DNA of 64,000 bases from Paramoeba atlantica (Eukaryota; Protista; Discosea): positions 273,346-337,345 of the forward strand of contig CDRNVI010000052.1 of the NCBI GenBank assembly GCA_977017575.1. The letters are read 5' to 3'. How positions within the stretch are numbered: the first letter of the stretch is position 1; the number at the start of each line of letters is the position of its first letter. Both the position numbers and the translations under genes were made by a program. Below, piece by piece: positions 36,593 to 48,200 of the stretch. The notes under the pieces were generated by a model, which was given only the letters and a program-made list of their open reading frames with translations, was not told the origin of the DNA and did no database searches.

Positions 36593-36914
36593 GGTGGCGG
36601 GCATATTTTCCTTTGATCTACTTTGCGAGACGAACCTTCGTCGCTAGTTGGTATTTTCTTCCGTCTGCTACTCCGCGATACGGACCCTCCCCTCAGGGAA
36701 CCAGCTCCCTTACCCGGCTTACACCTCTTGGGTAAGCCGTGTTGACGTACAGTTCGTCGACGCAGCGTGTTGGCAACAGCACGTTGGTGCCGCCTTGGAA
36801 AAGCGGAAACTAGTAGAGGACGTCGGCCTCGGAACTTCCAAATCTGTCTGTGAAGGGTCTGGCTTGCCAGTGACCATCCGGAGCAATCCGGAATGATTTG
36901 GATTTTAGAAGATT

Positions 36915-37105
36915 TTAGAAGATACGGCGCTAAAACATCACCCTGGAGAATTCCAGTTGCGATCGGAAAAGGATCCGTGTTCCCATGCGGCGTCCGAACA
37001 ATTCCCATCAACCCAGTATATATAGACATAATTGTTCGAGTCAGAAGGGGCCCGACGTGAAAAGAATTTAGTGCAGCTCTAATGGCTTGAAAGGAAACTG
37101 ATGGG
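36915..37105 (-). pseudogene. RT fragment of the APE-RT-RNH LINE family
   Basis: FPSVSFQAIRAAL...IVRTPHGNTDPFPIATGILQGDVLAPYL parallels 19757-20239. Confidence 0.8.
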
Positions 37106-38260
37106 AAACCATCTTAACTATATGGAAACCAACTTATCGCTCGCGATTCTCAAGAGATGCACATTACCGCGCCACGGCTACCATCTGCGAGTCCACAAAC
37201 CTGGAGCCTCTATTCTCCTAGCACAGACCTTTGATGAAGAAATACACAAGATTCTAAAGAAATGGTGTGGTGCTGACAGTGAAGCCCTCAAACTCGCCGC
37301 CCTTCCATGTAAAATGGGAGGCCTTGGAATTACCTCAACGGTTCTAAAACAACGTTACTTTCTCGAAGCCTCACGCAAATCTATTGAAGAGCGAAATCAG
37401 CCCTCTAATGCTCCAGTAGATAGCGCAGCCAAGAAACAAGTAAGTAGTCCTGGATCGAAAGCTCAGGGTACGTACCCAGCTGTCAAAGAATATGAAGAGT
37501 GAACATGAAAAGGTAGCAATGGATTTGAACGAGAATCCCAGATTTCAAGATATCACGAAACGCACAAAAGAAGCGAGCACACATTTAGACTCGACGAACA
37601 ATCACGTGCAATATCACATGCCCGGGATGTGGAATTGTAGAGTCGGCATGCAAAATCATTCCTCACGTAGCCGGTTGCTCACGATGCGCTGTAATGAACT
37701 GTACACGCAAACACTCTCATTTGGTGCGATATCTTTCCGATCTGTGTTCCAAAGCCAGTCTCCCTTGTGCAATCGAGCCACGAATTCACACGTCATTCTT
37801 CTGCACTAAGTGCAAATGTTCAATTCCCCAGAAGCAGCAGAACAACACCCATGCCGAGCTCGTAGAATCAGATCCGGACCAGACCTTGCGATCTTGTGGC
37901 CCGACGTTGGTGAAATTTTATACGATTTAACCGTAGTTCATACGCGTTGCAGTAGCTACCGAAAGAAAAGTAGCAATGCCTTGCTCCAGAGTGCCCAAGA
38001 CAGAAAGAATAATAAATACGTGAAGGAGAAAGGCTTAGATCCCGAAAGTTTCCGTTGCATTGCGATTACTGATTGTGGGGTCTTACACGAGTAGACTAAA
38101 CAGCCAAGAGGGCAGGTCTAGATTATACGCCAACACGGGAAGCCTTTCAGCTTGAGTTAGAGAAATATTCTGCATACGCAGTAGTTTCTCAATTGCGGCA
38201 ATATATTCAAGCTGAAAAATGGGTTGGAGGTCTACGGCTATGATTAGCTTTTGCTTCAAG
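37106..38260 (+). pseudogene. 3' fragment of a second CRE-like lineage (as 57020-61546)
   Basis: LPCKMGGLGIT, PDLAILWPDVGEILYDLTVVH, CIAITDCG; homologous to 57186-58523. Confidence 0.75.
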
Positions 38261-38800
38261 TCAAAGCTTCAAAAATAGTACATTATGTAGTTGATATTAT
38301 GCACGCCAGATACTGCACGCCAGATATTATGCACGCCTTGAATTGCACGCCAGATCTTGTTCGTTTTTCCTGCTGTTTTTTCCTGCTGTCTTATGAAATG
38401 GATTCTATCACCACCTGGTAACAAATATAACAAGGTACTAAACAACTAGGGTGAGTGATGTGTCTGTTTTTTTTTATAAGACGTCTGTTTCTTCTTCCTT
38501 TCTCTGAAGATCCTTTGAACTGCCTGCTAGTGTTTTGAGGGTGGCACCATCCGGCACCAAATATAACAAGGTACTAAATAACTAGGATGAGTGCCATGCG
38601 GGCTTGTTTTCTTTTCTTTTCTTTTCCTTATTGTAAAAAAGAAAGTTGTTTGGAAATACTGAGTTGATTTATACTGAGGGTCCTCCCATTATTATGTCAT
38701 GGTTGCAGCGCCTCCGTACCGTTTATTAGTTTCTGTACCTTGTTGGTTTTTACTACTTTACCTTTAAAAAAAGCCCTCGTATGTGTAAGGATTGGAACCC

Positions 38801-38917
38801 TTTTTGTTTCATACCCCCTTTTCGTTTTCATACCCCCTTTTTGTTTCATACCCCCTTTTTGTTTCATACCCCCTTTTTGTTTCATACCCCCTTTTTGTTT
38901 CATACCCCCTTTTTGTT
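38801..38917. repeat. 18-bp tandem repeat TTTTTGTTTCATACCCCC x ~6
   Basis: Direct reading. Confidence 0.95.
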
Positions 38918-39341
38918 GGTCTTCCAGAGGAGACAACTGTTCCGAAGATCCTTTATGTAAAAAAAAAAAACGAATTCGGGCACGAAAATCGGGCCACAAA
39001 TCGGGCACGACGAACCCAGGTTAAGTGGACGAGGGAATTGTTGGGCTTCGAAAATTGCTTCCCGATAACAACTCACATTTTTATCTTGCAGGGGTTGGGC
39101 ATGGTGGAATTGTTGGGCTTCGCAAATTGCTTCCCATTAACGACTCCCATTTTTATCTTGCAGACGGGTAAACAAGGTCATGGCTTTGCATGAAAGCGGT
39201 GCGGGCGTAGTTGTTAGACGGTGGGCCTTACAACCTGCAGGTTGTGGGTTCGATTCCCGCTATCGACAAAACTCGCAACCTGGCGGCCTCACTAAAATTG
39301 TTATCTTAATAAAAATTGTTATCTTATTAAAAATTGTTATT

Positions 39342-40293
39342 GCGGTGGTTGTAAAACTACCGCTCTACACTCGATTATTGAAAAAAAAGTGAACAAAAAC
39401 AGTGAAAATATAAAGAGGAACACAGTAATATAATAGAAGAAAAAAATCTAAAAGGGGGCTCCGGTGGTCCAAAACTGAAAAAAAAATTTGAAAAAAATGG
39501 GGGGTCCATGGGGGGGGTCCATGGGGGGGGTCCAGGGGGGGGGTCCAGGGGGGGGGTCCAGGGGGGGGGGGGCATGGTCGATCAAATTTTTTCGAAAAAA
39601 TTAGTTTTCGAAAAAAAACTGCAGAAAGGGTAGCCGGGGTCTTGGCGCGCATTTTCCACCCCCCTACCCGGGGGTGACCCCCCCGCGTATCCGCAGGACG
39701 GGTCCGCCAAGTTCGGATTTTTTCGGAAAAAAATTTTTGAAAAAAAATTCAACTTGGCGAAAAAAATGACAAAAAACATATTTTTCCAAAATCGTTTCCC
39801 CTATTGTATTTTGATAGTTTGGGACCTACACTAGCTTTCTACGCAGTTGTTTTCGCAAGGTATCACTTCTTCGAACTGTGGTGCGCCCCCCAAAATGACC
39901 CATTTTTGACTAAAAAAGGTGAAAAAGTATTTTTCGGACCTAAAGGGGCATTTTTGTGTCGAAAGAATGGTATGGTTGGAGTCGTATTCTCTACCCAATA
40001 CGTTCGGTAGGCTTTCATTCATGCCTGCGAGTGATTTCCCACGCGCAAATGTCGGATTTAGTGCTCTGACAGCAAAAATACACGAAAATGACCCCATTTG
40101 TACCCGAAATTCGGCTATTTTTGGCTATAATCTTTCCGTTTTCCAGGCTAAAGTTTCTTTTTTAGGCTCTTCCTTAAACGCGGCGGTAGTTTTCAACGCG
40201 AAGCGCGCAGCATGAGTGACTTCTAAGTTGAAAGCAACCACCGCGTTTAACGAAGAGCCTAAAAAAGAAACTTTAGCCTGTAAAACGGAAAGA
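39342..40293 (+). mobile_element. Family A hairpin unit, inserted within the variant 18-bp repeat
   Basis: Same termini as the 32816 copy; foldback extended to 40131-40293; repeat units on both sides. Confidence 0.75.
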
Positions 40294-40295
40294 CT

Positions 40296-40490
40296 ATCTT
40301 AATAAAAATTGTTATCTTAATAAAAATTGTTATCTTAATAAAAATTGTTGTCTTAATAAAAATTGTTATCTTAATAAAAATTGTTGTCTTAATAAAAATT
40401 GTTATCTCAATAAAAATTGTTGTCTTAATAAAAAAAGTTGTCTTAATAAAAATTGTTATCTTAATAAAAATTGTTATCTTAATAAAAATT
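40296..40490. repeat. Variant 18-bp repeat AAAAATTGTTATCTTAAT x ~11
   Basis: Direct reading; same unit at 36443-36525 and 39295-39338. Confidence 0.95.
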
Positions 40491-42159
40491 GCGGTGGTTG
40501 TAAAACTACCGCTCTACACTCGATTATTGAAAAAAAAGTGAGCAAAAAAAGTAACGTACTAGGATAAAAGTGAACAAAAACAGTGAAAATATAAAGGGGA
40601 ACACAGTAATATAATAGAAGAAAAAAATATAAAAGGGGGCTCCGGTGGACCAAAACTGAAAAAAAAATTTGAAAAAAATGGGGGGTCCATGGGGGGGGGT
40701 CCATGGGGGGATCCAGGGGGGGGTCCAGGGGGGTCATGGTCGAGCAAATTTTTTCGAAAAAATTAGTTTTCGAAAAAAAACCGCTGAAAGGGTAGCCGGG
40801 GTCTTGGCTCGCATTTTCCACCCCCCTACCCGGGGGTGACCCCCCCGCGTATCCGCAGGACGGGTCTGCCAAGTTCGGATTTTTTTGGAAAAAATTTTTT
40901 GAAAAAAATTTCAACTTGGCGAAAAAAATGACAAAAAAAATATTTTTCCAAAATCGTTTCCCCTATTGTATTTTGAGAGTTTGGGACCTACACTAGCTTT
41001 CTACGCAGTTGTTTTCGCAAGGTATCACTTCTTCGAACTGTGGTACGCCCCCCAAAATGACCCAATTTTGACTAAAAAAGGTGAAAAAGTATTTTTCGGA
41101 CCTAAAGGGGCATTTTTGTGTCGAAAGAATGGTATGGTTGGAGTCGTATTCTCTACCCAATACGTTCGGTAGGCTTTCATTCATGCCTACTAGTGATTTC
41201 CCACGTGCAAATGTCGGATTTAGTGCTCTGAGAGCAAAAATATGCGAAAATGACCCCATTTGTACCCGAAATTCGGCTATTTTTGGCTATAATCTTTCCG
41301 TTTTCTTCAGCTTTACAGGCCAAATTTTCTTTTTCAGGCTCTTCGTTAAACGCGGCGGTAGTTTTCAACGTTGAAAAAATGTGAACAAAAACAGTGAAAA
41401 TATAAAGAGGAACACAGTAATATAATAAAGGAAAAAAATATAAAAGGGGGCTCCGGTGGTCCAAAATAGAAAAAAAAAATTGAAAAAAATGGGGGGTCCA
41501 GGGGGGGGGGTCATGGTCGAGCAAATTTTCGAAACAAAACCGCAGGAGGGGTACCGGGGTCTTGGCGCGCATTTTCCACCCCACTACCCGGGGGTGACCC
41601 CCCCGCGTATCCGCAGGACGGGTCCGCCAAGTTTAGGTTTTTTCAAAAAAAAAAATTGAGAAAAAATTCAACTTGGCGGAAAAAATGGTAAAAAAAATAT
41701 TTTTTCAATTTTTTTTTCGCTATTGTATTTTGAGAGTTTGGAACCTATACTAGCCATCTACACCGTTGTTTTCGCAAGTTACCCCATCTTCTAGCCGTGG
41801 CACGCCTCCCAAAATGGCCCATTTTTGACCAAAAATTGCGGAAAAGTAATTTTCGAACCCAAAGGGGTCTTTTTATGTCGAAAGAATGGTGTGGTTGGAG
41901 TCGTATTCTATACCCAATACGTTCAGTAGGCTTCCATTCACACCTACGAGTGATTTCTCACACGCAAATGTCAGATTTAGCGCTCTGAGAGCAAAAATAC
42001 CCAAAACTTTTACCCTAAAAATTTTACCCTAAAATCGGCTATTTTTGGCTATAATCTTTGTTTTACTTTAGCTGTCCAGGCCGAAGTTTCTTTTTTAGGC
42101 TCTTCGTTAAACGCGGTGGTAGTTTTGAACGCGAAGCGCTCAGCATGAGTGACTTCTAA
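40491..42159 (+). mobile_element. Two tandem family A units lacking the right arm of the 3' foldback; left boundary region of the Helitron
   Basis: First unit 40491-41370, second 41371-42159. The second stops at ...CATGAGTGACTTCTAAG (the hairpin loop) and runs into the gene's upstream region. Confidence 0.7.
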
Positions 42160-42288
42160 GATCCTCTAAAAAATGATCCTCTAAAATGAGATGAAAATCA
42201 CATGTTCTTATTTTTGTGCTTCGAATTTTTTTGTTCATACATTTTTTTCACTGTTTAGCGCTTTTTTATTCATACTATTATTCTTCTC

Positions 42289-45200
42289 ATGTCTTCTGAT
42301 TCGTCGTGGTCCGTGTCGTCGGCGTCGTTGGAGGTGTCGCTTGCTGGAGCCGGGGGTGGGGGAAGCCAACTGAGCTCTAACAAAGCTCTGGGCGAAGCAT
42401 ATCGCGACTGCGAATGCTGCACTTTCTTTCAAAGAAAGAAAGGAAAGAAAAGGGTGCGCATGACCCTTAATCACAGTGCTAGCAAAGCACATAAAAGCTC
42501 AGCTCAAATATACGAGCTATGGCAACAGCATGTTGCTGAAGAAGGTGAATTTTACACCTGCCGAGAATGTGCTAACGCGAACATTCGGGTGGAATTGACA
42601 GCTCCCCTGATGAAGCGGCACGTAAATGAACATTTAAAAGGGTTGCATATCATTTGTGAACCTTGTTCGTTCTTCCAAGAGCTCATGGGAAAACCCCCCG
42701 TTTTGAGCGTACAAAAGCACGACGAGCGTGTGAAACACAAGCGTGAAAAAGAGATTTTTAACGCGTGGAAAGTCCTTCAAATTGAAGGAAGCATTGTCAA
42801 TGGCTTTACATGCACGAAATGTGCCACAACACAGGGCGATCAAAACCATGAACATCGTACTTTCAAGTATGATGACATGCGCAAAAATGTTTTCGAACAT
42901 GGGCGCGGGGATCATTCCCATTGCAAAGAGTGCTCCTTCTTCGAGGAGTTGCAAGGGAAACCCCCCATAAGACGTACTCGAGAGCATCTCTCGAGTGCGA
43001 ATCACAAAACCGAGAAGGAGATGTACGACATGTGGATGGACCTTGAGGTGCAAGGTACCGTGTCTGCAGGCTTTCGGCGCACGAAATGTGCCACAGCACA
43101 GGGCGATCAAAACCCTGAACATCGTACTTTCAAGTATGATGACATGCGCAAACATGTTTTCGAACATGGGCGCGGGGATCATTCCCATTGCAAAGAGTGC
43201 TCCTTCTTCGAGGAGTTGCAAGGGAAACCCCCCATAAGACGTACTCGAGAGCATCTCTCGAGTGCGAATCACAAAACCGAGAAGGAGATGTACGACATGT
43301 GGATGGACTTTGAGGTGCAAGGTACCATGTCTGCAGGCTTTCGGTGCACAAAATGTGCAGAATCACGGGGTAAAGCAAACCCTTCGTCGTACACGTTTAT
43401 GTACTACTACATGCGCAAACATGTTTTCGAACATGGGCGCGGAGATCACGACATTTGTGAAGCATGCTCCTTTTTTTCGAGTATGCATGGACAGCGTCCT
43501 ATCTTGAAAACTCGAGAGCATATTTCGAGTATCAGCCACGAACACGAACAGCAACTGTTCGAACTATGGCACGAGCTTCCCATAGCTCACGCAAGCGCAG
43601 GGACAGAATCCGGTTACAAGTGTGTTGCGGACGCTTGTTCCGGTGAAGTGATGAGCCTCGGCGCTGCAAGAAAGCACGTCGAAAAAAAGCATATGAAAAC
43701 AAGTGAACAAAGCTGTGAAGCTTGTTCATTCTTTGATGCGGGGCGTATGCCCAAGAAGCACAATCCTGCGAAGTGCTCTGAGCACAAGCAGTGGTACGCA
43801 TTTTGGACAGAAAACGTCCTTGAAACAGAAAACATATACCAGTGCAAACTGCCTGGGTGTTCTGAAACACCTCTTGAAAAAGAGGCTATAACGAAGCATG
43901 TAGCACAACATTGCGAAGGAATGCATTTATGTATTCCTTGCAATTACTTTGCTATCTTGCAAGATTTCCCGCCAGTCATGGTGAATACTAATCACGCGAA
44001 TTCTCTGAAACATCGGGAAATGGCGTATCTACATCCGAAATGGGAGCTTCACGTAAGTTTCTCTGATGGATCGTATGTATGCGCACTGCACGCCATACGC
44101 AAACTAAGTGTCAAATCTATGATGCGACACATACTCAGTATGGGACACCCTTCACAGGTGCTCCTAACTGATATGAATGTTCCTCTGTGCGAAGTATGTA
44201 CGTATTTCGCACAGATTCAAGGAACAACGGGTATTATCCCGGCAGATGAATACCATTTGGTGTCAAGTGAGCATAAACGTTATGTTCAAACAAAAGTCGA
44301 CTGGATCGAATTTGCCCTCCACTGCGAACAGAACAAGTTCAAATGCACTTTGTGCGCTACCGAACAAATGTTCACGTTTAAGGGGCTTCAAAAGCATTTT
44401 TACCGCCATCCGCGGCATGCTGAAGCTCGGGCTTTTCGACTTCGGATCACACAAGCTGAGCGCAACAGAGCTCATGCAGTATCGCAGGATGATGAGCTGG
44501 AACGTGTGAAGCAATGCTCCACGCTAACACTCACATCTTTTCAACTGATTGAGAATATTCTCATCAATTCACACATTGTTTGTGATGAAACCCTCCAAAG
44601 CGATGGAGATAAAAGATGCTCTATTCAGAGACATCGTGATGGACATAACGTCGTTTACGTTAAAGGCAATGGCGATTCTCTCGCCATGGTATGTCTGACT
44701 AAACGACGAGTGTTCACATATAATTGCGCAGCTTCTATGGAAACACAGATAGCGGCAATTCGAACCGTCTACAATATTGGAAACATGGCTACTACGCCAG
44801 TTCCTTTAGTAGGAAACGATGAAGGTGAGCTCTCCCTGGGAGCGATAGCCTACACTATCACGCAAGACCGTGATTGGCCGAAACTGACAGAACGTGATAA
44901 ACTTTTATCACTCTGGAAGTGGCTCGAAGCTTCACCGGAAAAAGGCGAAGTGGGGGTTATACCCCTCACTTTGTATCCACAAGAAAAGCGTACCAAAGAA
45001 GCATTCACAAGGCTAGATCATCCACTAAAATCAGTAGAGATTCTCTACTTTGTGGAAAATGTATTATGTAAAACCATTAACACACGACGATTTCCTGTGA
45101 AAGTATGTCCATTCAATGAATGTGACAAGTTCACTTCAAGGAACCGTGTGGGTTTACACATATTTACATACTTGGAAACAGATGAATCATCGGGGCCCAT

Positions 45201-48200
45201 ATGGGTCCTTGTTTCCTTGAAAAAGAAGGGTGAAAAGAACGTTTATACGTTTATTACGAGTCCCTCTCTTGAAAATGAAATTGTTTCAATTTTGAATCAA
45301 GCAACTGTCACGAATGTGACGAATGCTAGCACTATTGACAGTGCAGCATATGCTATCATGCAGATGTGTGAAAATACCATCTTTCACACAAACGAAATAT
45401 GCAAAGAATCTTCAGCCAATGAACTTCGGTACTGGCTTGAACGATGTTGCATCGCGAAATGTATTGTCAATTTTGACACATACGAAGTCAATGGAGATGG
45501 CTCACGTCGAACACGTTTTGACATTGAGCGCAATCCAAAAGACGCACTAAAATACTTCTATGAGACTTCCTACATTGATCGTCTTCCTTTGGAAGATTTT
45601 TCAGTCAGTACGGAAGCTCAAGAAGAGTGCATGAAAAGGTACAAAAAGAGAATGAACGACGACCAACGTATCACAAGTTGTGATTCTTGTAAAGTTATTC
45701 TTCTCGAAAGTGACCTTCCGAATCCCGAAGCGCAACTTTGTGCAAGGGATCAAAGAATAATGGACAAAAAAGGGAGAATTCCCCGCGGTCCAGTAGAACA
45801 ACCTTCTACAAATCACCTTCCAGTACCCACGCTGGTAGAAGAGATCCTTCTTCAAAAGGTGTTTTTACACTGCACAATCATCAGTGTACATAGGAAAGGT
45901 GGCGCATATGCCGCATCCTTAAGGCCAGACACGAAGTTCACTGGACACGTGACGGCTACAGCACGCGAAACCCTTGAGCTCTTGCAACTCGAAAGAGTTC
46001 CTGATCTCGAGGGCGCGATTAAGAACATCCAAATTGTTTGGATAGCCAACGAACGGAGAACGAAACGTAGTCAAAGACTATGTTCTGCACAGCTGAGTGG
46101 CATATTCGGCGTGAAATCAGAGACCCTGAACACCTGGGTACACTTCCTCTGTGAGCATAACCACGTGTATGCTCAACTGAAAGAGGAAGGAAAGATCAAC
46201 GTTGTTACCGAACAACGTTGTAGAGACGTTGTCTCACATCTTTGGGATAGATCTGTTTCCCAGGAGGGTGAAAACGCCATCAACAGTATGGTCACCCAAG
46301 CAGTGGCTTCCGATACGTTACATCGCGATCCTCGCGGTGAGATCACACGATCTTTTGTAACTGATCACAGCCCTGTAAGTAATGCGCCGGCGGGTGCGCA
46401 AATTACGCATGCCGTGGCGATGCAACTGAAACAAAAAGAAGGTTTACTCAATGAGTATACCGACATGGAAAACATCTTGCTCGGAGCATTTCCGACGCTG
46501 ATGCAAAAGTACCCTTTTAAGGGTTCAACGTTTGAACTATATGAAATCAAGGAAATTCTAGAGCAATCGGATTCCCGATTTGCAAAGAATGCTGGATTCA
46601 TATTTTACTGCTACGATGTGCTTCGGCGCCGTGCAGTCTCATCAGCAGTAGTGCAAAATCTGAAGTATAACAAAGATATGCACAGAAGCCTCATGAATTT
46701 TTGCAATGATGATGCTTTCTATCACATTGTGCAACAGGCTATAAGGAACCCAAACAGTTCCGAGGCGAAACTTCTGGAAACAAAGTTTCTGCCATTTGTG
46801 CAAGTATGCGCAAAAAAGATACCCTTTTCGCCAGCAAAGCGAAAGGCATCACAAGGCCAGATCTACGCCTTATACAGGCGATACGGACTGCCAAGTTACT
46901 GGATCACAGTGAGTCCAAACATGAACGATAACGTTCTAGCTCTAAGAATCATCACAAATGATGAGAGCGAAAAAATGCAGGAAATGCGGGCCACCTTCTC
47001 AAGCGATCTGAGCTTGTGCAAGGGAATCCTGTCAGATCCACTAGCATTTTCGAACGGCAAATCCGTACTCTTCTTACCGAATTGTACGGAATGTCGAATG
47101 TAGATGAGGTAAAGAAGGAACGTGACGTTCTTGAAGGCCTCTTTGGTCGCCCTCGAGCATTTTTTGGTGTTGTAGAATGCCAGAAAAGAGGTGCGCTACA
47201 CTTTCATAGTGTGCTATGGACGAATCTTAGTCCACATTACGTCTCCGAATTAATTCACATTGTGAAGGAGCACGATGGTCTCGCGAAGTCTTTGGGTACG
47301 ACGATGCGCGCTGATCTGCCCGAGTGGGCGCAAAGGATCAGTAAGGAGCTTTACGGCCATGCAACGCTCGACTACTCAAAGATGTATCGCGGAGGTCTAC
47401 ATATCATTCCTGATGAAAAGGATGATTATTTCAGGGAACATGTGGCCAAATGTGCTGTTGATGTTCAGCAGCATGTTGGTCACAGACCCATGTGTTTCAA
47501 AATGAAAGGAAACATTGGCAAGAACAAATGCCGATATGGCATTCCATCCGTACTTCATGAAAATGAAACGGAAGTTAGAGAGGTTGAGGTTCAGATGGAT
47601 GAATCCGGACAACCGGAATTCCGGCTCAAGGCTCCAACACGGCCGATTAAAAATGATACCATTTGGCCAGTACTTGATGAAAGGTCTCTGATTGTGCTTC
47701 TGCGCAATAACCAGGACCCGACACAACACACTAAACGGGGATCCATCACCGTTCCGTACAATGAAACACTCACTGCTTGCGTAAGATGCAATACATGTGT
47801 AGTTTTCATTGGGAGCGAAGGTCCAGGCATAAAAATTATGCAATTTCTCATAAAATATATGAGCAAGGACATTGGTCCACCTGTGTACATTGTACCAGCA
47901 CTTCGCGCAGCCAATGACCACCTTCAAATGGGTCTGAATTCAGAGAACAGAGTGCAAACTGACATTCCGATGGCACGCTTAGTTCTACAGAAATTGTCGA
48001 ACATGACACATCGAAAGATAGAAGTTTCAATCGAAATGGCAACTGCCTTTTGTCTCGGCCAATCCTCCGAGTATATGAGCCATAACTTCACATGGATCAA
48101 TATGAACCGTGTAATGAAGTTCCTGGCAAATATCCCAAGTGAGTCTGATCACAGAGATCCAGAAATCAGTGACGAGGATTCGTCACAAGACTCTGATATG

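Noticed and set aside
47016-47103. Programmed ribosomal frameshift in the Helitron gene
   Set aside because: No slippery heptamer is evident, and Rep/helicase genes are normally one ORF; a one-base loss (mutation or read error) is simpler.
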